A stretch of 64,000 nt of DNA from Camelus ferus (GCF_009834535.1 NC_045697.1:97714001-97778000); one strand, 5' to 3'; positions 13,539-26,820 are shown, counted from the stretch's first letter. Notes: generated by a model from the letters alone, not told the origin. A program made the numbers and translations.

Positions 13539-13871
13539 ATAGCAAAGATGGCTAGTTGTCTGCCAAAGATTTTTGCTCCCTATTGTGTATAACTCAGGCT
13601 GTTAGCAGTTGCCAAAGTAGACAACATATTCTCCAGCCTTCCTTAAACATCCTAATGTCCATGTGACTGGGTTATGATCAGTGGAATGTGGGCCAAAGTT
13701 CTTATGCCATTTCTAGGACTGTCCCATAAAAACCTCTTAAGATCCTGTAATTCTGATCTTTTCTCAAAATCAAGCTGATGTTGATTCTCAGGTGATATTG
13801 GGAGCGCTGTTGAAGATGGGAGAGCATCCATCAGGCTGGGTTTCTAATGAACATGTAAAGAAACACTTCTA
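13539..13871 (+). mobile_element. MLT1 (MLT1I/J-like MaLR LTR), 5' part
   Basis: ccatgtgactgggttatgatcagtggaatgtggg and tgaagatgggagagcatccatcaggctggg match MLT1 motifs; the element continues at ~26821. Confidence 0.7.
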
Positions 13872-16800
13872 GAGAATGATATCACCAAGGTTGTGACTGT
13901 AAGTCAGTTGTTCCTCTTGTGATGGGGAGCAAAGTCACAAATAACAACTATTCATTAATGAGAAAATCCTAGAACATGGGAGTGAGATTGAAGCATCACC
14001 TGCATCACAGAGACCAAGACCGGCTGCATTAGAGGTAAAAGAAATAGTTGTATGCTGATTACACTGCCCTCCCTCAGGCCAGCACAGCTCCACACAGAAT
14101 GATTGTCCCTGAGCCTATGGTTCATTCCAAAGGGGAACGAGAGCCCAGGGTAACATCTGTCTCTCCCCCACATCATGGCTCAGCTTCAGGCTGCCCGAAC
14201 AGGTGACCTAAGCAGAGCACGTGAGAAGCTGCTTACCCACTCAGCAGACCCGCATACAGTGTAAGCTGAACAGAGAGCATAGCCTGTGGCTTTCCCCACC
14301 TGCAAAGCTAAACAGGTGGTTTGTCTGGCCAGGGAATTCAGTCCTGCCTAATTTGGGTCCAAAACAATGAGCTATGCAGGTCCTGGGAACATTTCTCCTG
14401 TTCTGCCAGGGAAGGGAAGCTAATTCATAGCCCTAACTGCTAAGAACTAAGCCCCAACTGTCTCACCAGAGGACCCAGGCAGCTGCAGAAACCATATTTC
14501 ATCCTTGTTTGGTGAGGGAAGCAAGCCAGAAGTCCTATCCAAATCCTCAGCTAGCAGCCACCCCACTCTGACCTCAAAGCTCAGGCAGTTGCCTCACCCC
14601 GAAACAGACCCTGTTATCAAGCCTAGACACCCAAGGGAGTTATCTGTGAACAAATCCAGAGCTAAACTGAGCTGACTAGTGAAGAACTCTCTCTGCCACA
14701 GAGAACAGGTGAGGAGAATGCTTAATCAAATTCACAGATACCAATGAACAAAATCAAGGACCAGGAAAAATGGGTGGCTGGATAAGTAGGTATATAGGTT
14801 TGTAGGCAGATGGAAGGGTAGGTGGGTGGAAGATGGGGAGAGAGGGAAGGAAGGAAGTAAAGAAAGTTATGTGGGTGGCTGGAATAGGTACTTAAATGAT
14901 TGATGTGTGGAAGAGTGGGTAGCTGAATGAATGGAGAGGTAGATAGGTGGGTGGATGCAGGGGACAGAAAAAGGGAAGGAAGGAAGGTGGGTGGGTAGAT
15001 ATGTAGGTACATGAGGTAGTAGATGGATGTATGGAAAACTGGGTGGCTGGACGAATGGAGAGGTAAGCAGGTAAAAAGATAGTTGGGTGGGAGGATGCGG
15101 AGGGAGAGGAGGGGGAAGGAAGGAAGGAAATGTGTGTGGCTGGATAGGTACATAGACGGATTGATAGATGTATGGACGAATACAGAGGTAAGTAGGTAAA
15201 GAGATAGATATGTGGGAGGGAGATAGAAAGAAGGAAGGAAAAAGTTGGGTGTCTTAATAGGTAGGTACATGGGTTCATAGATAGATGGATGTATTGAAGG
15301 GTGGGTTCCTGGACAAATGTATAGGTTGGTAGGTAAGTGGATAGATAAAGTGGGTGGATGATGGGGTGACAGGGAGGAAGGAAGAAAAAAAGTTATGTGG
15401 GTGGCTGAGTAGGGACTTAGATGGATTGATAGATGTATGGAAGGGTGAGTAGTTGGATGAATGTAGAGGTAGGTAGAGAAAAAGGTGGGTGGGTGTACGT
15501 GGAGGGAGAGAGAAGAGACAGAGAAAAACAAGGAAGGGTGCATGGCTAGACAAATGGAGAAGTTAGTAGGAAAAATATAGATAGGGAAGGGGAGGATGTG
15601 AAGGGAGGGAAAGGAAGAAAGAAAGGTGGGTGGCGGATGGGGTGGTAGAGAGGGAGGGAGAGAGAAAGGAGGGAAGGCAAGAAATAAAGAACATTACATG
15701 GATGGCTGGATAGATACGTACATGGATTGACAGATGTATGGAAGGGTGGGTGGCTGGACAAATGGAGAGGTAAATAGGTAAAAGATAAATATGTAGCAGG
15801 GAGGGAGAGAGATGGAAGGAAAGAAAGAGAATGAAATGTGGGTGGCTGGATAGGTTCTTACATGGATAGATAGATGGATGTATGGAAAGGGGGGTAGTGG
15901 ATGGAGGGAGAGAGAAAAAAGGAAGGAATAAAGAAGGGGAAAAAAGGTGGGTGGCTGGATAGGTCAGTATATGGGTTGTTATATAGATGCATGTAAGGAT
16001 GAGTGGGTGGATGAATGGATAGGTAGATAGGTAAAAAGGTGGGTGGGAGGATGCAAAGGGAGGAGGAGAGAGACAGGAAGAGAGGAAGAATGAATGAAAT
16101 GTGCATGGCTAGATAGGTAGGTGAAAGGATAGAAAGGTGGGTGGAAGGAGGAAGGAAAGTAAAGAACATTATGTGGATGGCTAGATAGATATGTATATGG
16201 ATTGACACATAGATGGATGAATGGATGGGTAGGTACATGGGTTCATAGATGGACGTATGGAAGGGTGAGTTCCTGGACAAATGGATATGTGGGTGGAGGA
16301 TGGGGTGGCAGGGAGAAAGGAAGGAAGGAAAAAAGTAACATTATGTGGGTGGCTGGGTAGGCCTTTAGATGGATGTACGGAAGGGAGGGTAGTTGGACAA
16401 ATGTAGAGGTAGCTAGGGAAAAAGGTGGGTTGGTGGAGGCGGAGGGAGAGAGGAAAGAAAGAAACGTAATTGGGTGGCTGGATACGTCGGTACATGGGTT
16501 TACAGATGGATGTATAAAAGGGTAGGTGGCTAGATGAATGGAGAAGTAAGTAGATAAAAATATAGATAGGTGGAGGGGGAGGATGCGAAGGGAGAGAGAT
16601 GGAAGAAAGAAAGTTGGCTGGATAGGTAGGTACATGGATTCATAGATGGATGTATGGAAAGGGGTGGCTGGATGGTTGGATTGGTAGGTACATAAGAAGA
16701 TAGATGGGTGGATGCAGGGGACAGAAAAAGGAATGGAGGGAGGAGTGAAGGAAAGAAATAAAGGAAAGTGGGTGGCTGGATAGGTAGGTAAATTGGGTTG

Positions 16801-19800
16801 TTACATAGATGGATGGGTGGGTGGATGAATGGATAGGTAGATAGGTAAAAGGATAGATGGGTGGAGGATGGGGAGGGAGAAAGGAAGGAAGAAGTTAAAA
16901 AGTTACATGGGTGATTGGATAGGTAAGTACATGGATTGATGGATGAATGGATTGGTAGGTGGGTAGGTAAAAAGATATGTAAATAGGAGGGTGTCTGCAG
17001 GGGACAGAAAAAGGAAGGAAAGAAACGTAGGTGGGTGGCTGGATACGTTGGTACATGGGTTCATAGTTGGATGTATAAAGGGTGCATGGCTAGACGAATG
17101 CAGAAGTAAGTACATAAAAATATAGGTTGGGGGGAGGATGCGAAGGGATGGGGAGAGAGACGGAGAGACAGAAGAAAGCTCTGTGGCTGGATAGATAGAT
17201 GTATGGATGGGTAGGTGGCTGGATGAATGGACAGGTAAGTAGATAAAAAGATTGTGGGAGGGAGGGAGAGAGATGGAAGGAAGAAAGAAAGTTGGCTGGA
17301 TGGGTAGGTACATGGATTCATGGATGTAATGGAAAGGTGGGTGGCTGGATTGGTAAGTACATAAGAAGATAGGTAGATGGGTGGATGCAGGGGACAGAAA
17401 AAGGAATGGAGGGAGGAATGAAGGAAAGAAATAAAGGAAGGTGAGTGGCTGGACGAATGCAGAGGTAAGTAGGTAAAAAGTTCCATATGTTGGAGAGAGG
17501 GAAGGAAGAAAGGTGTCTGGATAGGTAGGTACATGGGTTCGTAGATAGATGGATGTATGGAAGGGTGGGTAGTTGGACTACTGTAGAGGTAGGTAGGGAT
17601 AAAGATAGGTGGGTGGGTGGATATGGAGGGAGAGAAAGAAAGAAGGAAAGAAATGTAGGTGGGTGTCTGGATATGTTGGTACATGGGTTCGGAGATAGAT
17701 ATGTGGAGGGAGAGAGGTGGAAGGAAAGAAAAACATGTGTGGGTGGCTGGACAAATGGACAGGTAAACAGATATATGGGAGGCAGTGAGCGAGATGAACA
17801 GAAAGGAGAGAAAGAAGTGAGTGGCTGGATAGGTAGGTATATGATTTGGTACATAGGTGGATGGGTAGGTGGAGAATGGGGAGGCAGGGAGGGAAGTAGA
17901 AAGGAAGGAAGTTAAAAAGTTACATGGATGGTTGGATAGGTAAGTGTATGGATTGATAGATGTTCAGAAGGGGTGATGGCTGGACAAATGCAGAGTTGAG
18001 TAGGTAAAAAGTTACATATGTGGAAGGGAGGGAAAGGGAAGAAAGATAGGTATATGGGTTGGTATATAGTTGGATGTATGGATTGGTGGGTGGCTGGACT
18101 GAATGGAGAGGTAGGTAGGTAAAAATATGTGGGAGGGAGAGAGACGGAAGGAAGAGAAGGAAAGGTGGGTAGCAGGAAGGAAAGAAGAAAGTAATATGGT
18201 GCCTGGATAGGTACTTACATGGATTGATGGATGAATGGAAGGATGGGTAGCTGGACAAATGGAGTGGTAGGTAGTTAGATATGTGGGTTGGGGGATGCAG
18301 AGGAGGAGAGAGACGGGAAGGAAGGAAGGAAGGAAGAAATAAACGCAGGTGGGTGGCTGGATGAATGGAGACGTAAGTAGGTAAAAAGATAGGTATGTGG
18401 GAGGGAAGGAGAAAGGAAGAAGGAATTTAAAAAGTTACGTGGGTGCCTGGATAGGTACATGTGTACATTGATGGATGAATGGAAGGGTGGGTAGCTGGAT
18501 GAATGGAAAGGTAAGTAGGTAAAAAGAAAGATACATAGATAGTTGTGTGGGTGGATTCAGAGGGACAGAGAGAAGGAAAGAAAGAGGAAAAAAAAAAAAC
18601 CTCACTGATCTCTAAGGAGAAATAAACCACAATTTATATAGTTAAGGACTTTAATATTCTGCTCTAAAGACAGAATCAGTAAGGAAGTAGCAGATTTGAA
18701 CAATGTAGATCAAAATGAACATGAGAGACATGTACAGAACACTATCTGACAGCAGCAGAAGACACAGTCTTCTTTCACACACATGGAACATTTTATTGAA
18801 GAGGTCGTATGTTCAACCCCTCAAAAAGACAGTAAATTCAAGAAGGCTGAAATCATACCAATAGCTTCTCTGACCCTGTCATATGAAACTAAAAATTAGT
18901 AAGAGGGAAGACTGGAAAACTCACAGATACTTGGAATTAAACATTCTCCTAAACAACCAATAGATCAAAGTAGAAATTAAAGTTGGCGGGGGATGGGTCA
19001 GACAAATTGAATGCCATGTTAGCAGAAGTAAAGAAAAAGATTAGATCAGAAATAAGTAAAATAGAGAATAGGAAAACAATAGAAAAGATTAACAAGACTA
19101 CTGTTAGTTCTTTGAAAATATAAACAAAATTGAAAAGAAAATTACCTAGACTAATCAAAAAAGAGTGGAGACCCAAATCAACAAAATTACAAATGAAAAG
19201 GGAGAGATTACAGTTGACACCATAGAAATACAAAAGCTTATAAAACCCTACTGTGAATAACTATGTGTTTTACCAAACATTTAAAGAATTAACATTAATC
19301 CTTCTCAAACTCTTCCAAAAAATCCTAGAAGAAGGAACACTCCCAGAATCATTTTACAAGATCCACATTATTCTGACACCAAAGCTAGAAAGGGATACGG
19401 CTAGGAAAACAAATAACCCTACAGGCCAATATTACTGATGAATATAGATACAAAACTTAAAGTGAATTCAGCAGCACATTAAAAGGATCGTTCACCATGA
19501 TCAATGAGATTTATCCCTGAGATGGAAGGATGATTCAACATATATAAATCAATATATGTAATATATTAACAGAATGAAAGGAATATCTCAATAAATGCAG
19601 AAAAAGCATTTCACAAAATTCATTATCTGTTCATGATAAAAACTCTTAACAAATTAGGTACAGAAAGAAAGTACTTCAACCTGATAAAGGCTCTATGTGA
19701 AAAGGCCACAGCTTTCATCATACTAAATAGTGAAAGTCTGAAAACTTTTCCTCCAAGATCAGGAAGGCACAAGAGTGCCCAACTCTCACCACTCCTATTC

Positions 19801-21930
19801 AATACAGCACTGGAAGTTCTAGCTTGAGCAATCAGGCAAGACAAATAAAAAGCATCAGAATTGGAAAGGAAGAAGTAAAACTGGCTGTATTTTCAGATGA
19901 CATGATTTTATGTATAGCAATCATGCCCCACCAAAAAAAAAAAAAAAAGTTAATCATTTCAGTAAAGTTCCAGGACAAAATTAACATACAAAAATTGTTT
20001 CTCTATACTAACAACAAATTATCTGAAACAAAGAAAATGATCTCATTTAGAATACAATCAAAAATAATAAAATATTAGTAATAAATTTAACCAAGGAGAT
20101 GAAAGATCGCCACCAAAAACTACAAGATACTGATGAAGGAAACTGAAAAAGATGCAAATAAATGTAAAGATATCTCAAGTTCATAAATGAGAAGAATCAA
20201 TAGGATTAACAGATCTATACTACCACAAACCAATTCCTATTAAAATTCTATAGGCTTTTTTTTTTTTACAGAAGTAGAAAAAATAGTAAAATGTATATAA
20301 AGAAACAGACCACAAACAGCCACAGAAATCTTAAGAATGAAGCACGAGGCATCATACTTCCTGATTTCAAGCTATATTTAAAAGGTATAGTAATCAAAAC
20401 ATTATAACTGTTTTTGTGCCAGTGACACATAGACCAAAGGAACAGAATTGAGAACCCAGAAACTAAGCCACACATATATAATAAACTAATTTTTGACAAG
20501 GGAGCCAAGAATATCCAGTGGAGAAAGGATAGTCTCTTGAATAAATGGTGCCAGAAAACTGGACAGTCATATATAAAAAAATGAAACTAAACCCTTATTG
20601 TACATCTTTCACAAAAATTAATTCAAGATTCATCAAAGACTGAAATATAAGGCCAAAAGTATAGAACTCCTAGAAGAAAGCAAGTGGTAGGTCCATTACA
20701 CAGGTCTTGACAATTTTTTTTTAATATGACACCTAAAGCACAAGCAACAAAATCAAAAATAAAAGGGGACTACAACCTAGAAAGCTCCTGCAGAGCAAAA
20801 GAAATGATCAATAAAATGAAAAGACAGTCTACAAAATGGAAGTAAATATTTGCAAACCATTTATCTGATAAGGGGTTAATATCCAAAATAAAGAACTTAT
20901 ACAACTCAGTATCAAAAAAACCTACCAAACCCAAATAATCTGTTTAAAAAATAGGTAAAGGACCTGAATAGAAATATGAATGGCCAAAACGTACACGAAA
21001 AGATGCTCGAAATCAAATCAAACCACAATAAGATATCACCTCACCATCTCACCCATATTGTCATAAAAAAGACAAACGATAACAAATGCTGGAGAGGATG
21101 TGGAGAAGACTGAACCCTCATGCACTGGTTGTGGTAACGTACATTGGTAGAGCTGCTATAGAAAACACTTTAGAGGTTCCTCAAAAAGTTAAAAATAGAA
21201 CTACCATATGATCCAGCATTTCCACTTCTGGAAATATATCCAAAAGAATTGAAAATACTATGTCATACAGGTATCTGCACATCCATATTCACACAAGCAT
21301 TATTTACAATAGTAAAGACATAAAAACAACTTCTGTCCATCAGTGGATGAATGGATAAAGAAGTCATAGTATACGTATATGTGTGTGTGTGTGTGTGTAC
21401 ATACACACAAAGAAGTATTATTCAGCCATAAAAAAGAAAATCCTGCCATTTCCAACAACACAGATGGACCTTGAAGGCATTGTGCTAATGAAGTTAGTCA
21501 GAAAGAGAAAGACAAATACTGTATGATCTCATCTATATATGGGATCTTAAAAAAAAAAAAAAACTCATAGGAAAAAAGAGTTCAGATTTATGGTTACTAG
21601 ACAAGGTGGATGGGGAGAGGGGAAATTGGAGGAAGGCATTCAAAAGGCACAAACTTCCAATTATACAATAAATAAGTACCAGGGATGCAACATACAACAT
21701 GATGACTATAGTTCACATAGCTCTATGGTCTATTTGAAAGTTGTTAGAATTTACTCTTAACAGTTCTACTCATAAAAGAAAAAACTATATATACATATAT
21801 GGGATGAGGGATGTAAAGTAAACTTAATTGTGGTACATATCAAAATATATGTAGATTAAATTATTATATTATATACCTTAAACTTACATGGTGCTGTATG
21901 TCAATCATATCTCAATAAAACTAGAAAAAA
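13872..21930 (+). mobile_element. Old L1 with both termini (L1M2-like 5' end, L1MA8/9-like 3' end), ORF1 replaced by a purine-rich array
   Basis: Start gagaatgatatcaccaagg resembles GAGAGTGACGTCAGCAAGATGG. ORF1 start region ~14730-14771. ORF2 endonuclease/RT remnants 18590-21540 ([39 protein letters not shown]). 3' end ctcaataaaactagaaaaaa at ~21911-21930. Confidence 0.88.
14772..18590 (+). repeat. Purine-rich complex tandem array (GGAT/GGTA/GGGT/GGAA-based, ~120-150-bp degenerate units)
   Basis: Recurrent unit gggtggctggataggtaggtacatgggttcatagatggatgtatggaagggtgggt...gaatggagaggtaagtaggtaaaaagata...ggaaggaagaaag. C is rare on the + strand. Confidence 0.95.
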
Positions 21931-22137
21931 TAAATTAACATTAGCTGTACTAAGGCAAACTGTAATCATGTTCCATGTAATGTAAAGAAATCACAAAATC
22001 ACTTCTGAGATATTCCTGGCAAAAATGCATCACCTGAAGGTAATCTCGAGGAAGTGTTAGACAAAAAAAAATGGAGGGACAGTTTACAACATAATAGTTA
22101 TGTAATCTTCAAAGATTCCCTGGTCATGAAAGACAAG
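21931..22137 (+). mobile_element. L1MC4/5-like 3'-region fragment, part 1
   Basis: atcacttctgagatattcctggcaaaaatgcatcacctgaa...ttagacaaa...ggtcatgaaagacaag; continues at 26541. Confidence 0.7.
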
Positions 22138-23178
22138 AGCAGGCAAGTCCTCATGACTACAACAAAACCACAACTGACTGCTAAACAACTATTGGAAAAG
22201 AAGATTGGAACCTAGCAAAAAAGACCTTCAACTGGAAGGATGAAGAGGGAACCACAGCAGGATGGTAGGAGGGGCATGCTCATGATACTATTGGGCCCCA
22301 TACCCCCAGGTGGGTGGCCTACAAACTGAAGAAAAACTAAGTCACAGAGGCCCTTTCACAGGAGTGAGAGTTCTGAGCCCCATGTCAGGCTCCCCAGCCC
22401 AGGGTTCCAGCATTGGGAGGAGGAGACCCCAGGAAATCTGGTTTTGAAAGCCAGAGGGGCTTAACTCCAGGAGCCCCATGGAACTAGGGGAAACAGAGAC
22501 TGCATTCTCTTGGGAAGTGTACACAGAATCTTGCATGTGCCAGGTCCAAGGGCAGAGGCAGTGACTTCATAGAAACTTGGGCTGTACCTGCCAGCTGGTT
22601 TTGGAGGATCTCCTGGGAAGGTAGGGGACAGCTGTGGCTCACCCAGGGGACATAAAAGCTGGTGGCAGACATTCCAGGAGTGTTCATCTACATGAGCTTT
22701 CCTGGAGGCTGAATCTTGATTGGATCAGTAGCACCAAGACCTAGCCCCACCCAACAGCCTATAGGCTTAAGGGCTGGGAAGCCTCAGGCCAAACAACATA
22801 CTGGGTGGGAACACAGACCCATCCATCAGCAGACTTCCTGAGCCACAAATGCCTCTAGACACAGCCCTGCTCACCAGAGGTCCAGGACTAAGTGTCACCC
22901 AGCTGTAGGCAGGCACTGGCTCCTCCTGCCAGGAAACCTGCATAAGCCTCTAGCCCAGCCTCTTCCACCAGGAGGCAGATACCAGAAATAAGAAAACAGT
23001 AATCCCAAAGCCTGTGGAAGGAATCCACAAATACACTGGGACCAGCTGGACCTTGGCCTTGGGTGACAAAAGAGGAGTATACTGCTGGGATGCATAGGAC
23101 GTCTCCCACAGAGGGCCACTTTTCCAAGATCAAGAAACATAACTAACATACCTAAAAATACAGATAGAAAGACAGACA

Positions 23179-24058
23179 ATGCGAAGCGGCAGAGGAATAT
23201 CTTCCAGGCCAAGGCACAAGGTTAAATCCCGGAAGAAGACATAAGTGATGAGGAGATAGGCAATTTATCCGAGAAAGAGTTTCAAGTAATGATGGCAAAG
23301 ATGTTCAGAGAACTCAGGAGGAGTATAGATGCACAGAGTGATATTTTTAGCAAAGAGTTGGAAAATATAAAGAATATCCACAGATGAAGAATAAAATTAC
23401 TGAAATGAATAACACACTAGAAGGAACCAAGAATAGAATAAATGAAGCAGAAGAATGGATCAATGATCTAGAGGACAGATTAGTGGACATCACTACTTCA
23501 GAACAGAAAAAAATTATCCTTACTTCTTTTCATTCTCTAAGAGAACTCTGGGACAACATGAAGCACACTAATATTCACATTATAGGGGTCCCAGAAAGAG
23601 AAGAGAGAGAAAGGACCTGAGAAAATGTTTGAAGAGATAATAATTGAAAACTTCCCTACCTTGGGAAAGAAACAGTCACTTAAGTCCAGGAAGTGCAGAG
23701 CTCCACACAGAATCTACCCAAAGAGGAACACACCAAGGCATATCGTCATCAAATTGACAAAAATTAACAACAGGAAGAAAATATTAAAATTAGCAAGAGA
23801 AAAGCAACAAATAACATACAAGGGAAGTCCCATAAGGTTATCAGATGATTTTTCAGCAGCAGCTCTACAGGCCTGAGGGAGTGGCACAATATACTTAAAG
23901 TGATGAAAGGGGAGAACTTAAAACGAAGAATACTCTATCCAGCAAGGCTCTTGTTCAGACTTGATGGAGAAATCAAAAGCGTCACAGATAAACAAAAGCT
24001 AAAAGAGTTCAGCACCACCAAACCAGCCTTACAACAAATGTTAAAGGAACTTCTCTAG
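23179..24058 (+). pseudogene. Disrupted L1 ORF1 (RNA-binding/chaperone protein)
   Basis: Fragments RINEAEEWINDLEDR, LRELWDNMKHTNIHIIGVPE, RNTPRHIVIKL, ITYKGSPIRLSDDFS, broken by stops and frameshifts; ends aaggaacttctctag. Confidence 0.88.
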
Positions 24059-24151
24059 TCATCAAACCACAAGAGAACAAAAAGAAGGAGAAAAAGAAAA
24101 GAAAAAAAAAAAAAAAAGACCTACAAAAACAAGCCCAAAACAATTAACAAA

Positions 24152-26110
24152 ATGGCAATAAAAAAATATATAACAATAATTACCTCAAATGTAAATAGAT
24201 TAAATGCTCATCCAAAAGACATAGACTAGCTGAATGGATATAAAAACAAGACCCATATATATGCTATTTACACGAGACCCACCTCAGAGCAAGAGACACA
24301 TGCAGGCTGAAAGTAAGGGGATGGAAAAAGATGTTCCATGCAAATTGAAAACAGAAGAAAACTGGAGTAGTAGTATTTATATAGACAAAACAGATTTTAA
24401 AATAAAGACTGTTACAAGAGACAAAGAAGGACACTACATAATGCTTAAGGGATCAATCCAAGAAGAGGATATAATTGTAAATATATATGCACCCAACATA
24501 GGAGCACCTGAATATATAAGGCAGTTGTTATCAGACATAAAAGGAGAAGTTGGCAATAACACAATAATTGTGGGGGGACCTTAACACCCTACTTACATCA
24601 AAGGACAGGTCATCCAGACAGAAAATCAATAAAGGAAATACAGGCCCTAAATAATATATTAGCCCAGATGGACTTAATTGATAGCTACAGAGCATTCCAT
24701 CCAAAAGCAACAGAATACACATTCTTCTCAAGTGCACATGAAACATTCTCCAGAATTGACCATATGCTCGCCCACAAAGCTAGCCTCAGTAAATTTAAGA
24801 AAACTGAAATTGTACCAAGCATCTTTTCAGATCAAAATGCTGTAAGATTAGAAATCAACTACAAGAAAAAAAAAAAAAACTTCAAAAACTACAAACACAT
24901 GGAGGCTAAACAATATGCTACTAAACAACCAATGGATCACTGGATCAAAGAGAAAATCCAAAATTACTTTGAAACAAGTGAAAATGAAAACACAATGATC
25001 CATCCTTCTGGAACACAGCAAAAGCAGTTCTCAGAGGAAACTTAATGGCAATACAAGCCTACCTCAGGCAACAAGAAAAATCTCAAGTAAACAACCAAAC
25101 CTTACACCTAAAGCAGCTGGATTAAGAACAAATGAAACCCAAAGTTAGTAGAAGAAAAGAAATTATAAAGATTAGAGCAGAAATAAATGAAATAGAGACT
25201 TAAAAAACAATAGAAAAGATCAATGAAACTAAAAGCTGATTCTTTAAAAAGATAAACAAAATTGATAAACCTTTAGTCAGACTCATCAAGAAAAAAAGGG
25301 AGAGGACCCAAATTAATAAAATCAGAAATGAAAAAAATTATAACTGATACCACAGAAATACAAGGGATCATAAGAGGCTGCTATGAGCAACCATAACCCC
25401 CCCAAAAAAATGACAACATAGAAGAAATGGACAATTCCTTAGAAAGGTATAATTTGGAAAGACTGAACCAGGAAGAAATAGACAATATGAATATACCAAT
25501 TACCAGTACTGAAATTGAATCAGTAATTAAATTCTCAATAAACAAAAATTCTACCAAACATTTAGAGAAGAGTTAGCAACTATCCTTCTGAAACTATTCC
25601 AAAAAATTGCAGAGGAAGGAACACTTCCAAACTCATTCTGAGCATTCACAGCAGCCAGATGGCCATCATTAAAAAGTCTACAAAAAATAAATGCTGGAGA
25701 GGGTGTTGAGAAAAGGGAACCCTCCTACACTGTTGATGGGAATGTAAATTGGTACACTTTACATTGGCCACTATGGAGGACAGTATGGAGGTTCCTTAAA
25801 AAACTAAAAATAGACTTACCATATGATCCAGCAATCCCTCTCCTGGGCATATACTCAGAGAAAAAATATAATTGAAAAAGACATATGCACACCAATGTTC
25901 ATAGCAGCACTATATACAATAGCCAAGACATGGAAACAACTCAAATGTCCATCAACAGATGACCGAATAAAGAAGCTATGGTATATTTATACAATGGAAT
26001 ACTACTCAGCTATAAAAAAGAATGAAATAATGCAATTTGCAGCAACATGGATGGACCTGGAGATCGTCATTCTAAGTGAAGTAAGCCAGAAAGAGAAAAG
26101 TGCCATATGA
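24152..26110 (+). pseudogene. Disrupted L1 ORF2 (endonuclease and C-terminus present, reverse transcriptase deleted)
   Basis: RDKEGHYIMLKGSIQEEDI, NIYAPN, YTFFSSAHETFSRIDHML, then a jump at ~25645 to the C-terminal region [16 protein letters not shown]...FAATWMDLE. Confidence 0.88.
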
Positions 26111-26550
26111 TATTGTTTATATGTGTGATTTTTTAAAAAAGATACAAATGAACTACTTATTATTTATAACTTAGATGATTGATTTCTTGAATATGTGTAA
26201 GCACATTTGACTGTCCTTTATGACTGGATTACCATATTCTGTTGATTCTTATTTTGTAGTTGGCTCTATTCCTTTGATAACTATGTAAGTTTAAAAAGCT
26301 AAAGCTCTAATATTCTTAAAAACAATAATCAGCACATATATGTAAACTAAAAAAAGTGCAGTGTACTGTATATATGTATTTACAGGCAATATAATACATA
26401 TGTGCAGTTGAACTGTAATAATTCTACCTAATAAAACTGAAAAAGGAAAAAAAATAAACTTAAAAAATAAAAAGCTAAAGCTCTAAACTGTTCTTAGAAA
26501 CAATGAATAGTATATATTATATATATAAATTTAAAAAAAAGAAAGACAAG

Positions 26551-26750
26551 GACACTGAGAAAATGTTCCAGATTAAAAAGAACTAGAGACATGACAACTA
26601 AATGTGTGATCCTGACACTGGGATAATTAGCAAAACATGAATCGGTGTGGGGATTCGATTGTAGTAACAGGTATGAGTTAATTTCCTGACTTTTATGTTG
26701 CATTGTTACTATGTGAGAAAATGTCCTTGTTTGTAGAAAATACAAATCAT
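26551..26750 (+). mobile_element. L1MC4/5-like 3'-region fragment, part 2
   Basis: actgagaaaatgttccagattaaaaagaactagagacatgacaactaaatg...gttaatttcctgactttt...gaaaatgtccttgtttgtag. Confidence 0.75.
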
Positions 26751-26820
26751 AATGTTGATGCTATTCTTGGAACTGAACTGACCATTGTTTGGGAGGAAAA
26801 AAAAAAAAAAAAGAAAAACC

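Larger units (their letters stand above)
22138..26540 (+). mobile_element. Younger camelid-type L1 with 5'UTR, ORF1 and an RT-deleted ORF2
   Basis: 10-bp target-site duplication GAAAGACAAG (22128-22137, 26541-26550). 5'UTR to ~23178, ORF1 and ORF2 remnants, A-rich tail. Confidence 0.92.

Noticed and set aside
14722..18630. Cluster of long overlapping minus-strand ORFs (up to 273 aa) rich in S/P/H/L/Y/T/F
   Set aside because: Artefact of the pyrimidine-rich strand of the array, which is poor in stop codons; open in several frames at once with no domain signature.
23179..26110. L1 ORF1/ORF2 as active genes
   Set aside because: Many stops and frameshifts, and the RT domain is deleted.
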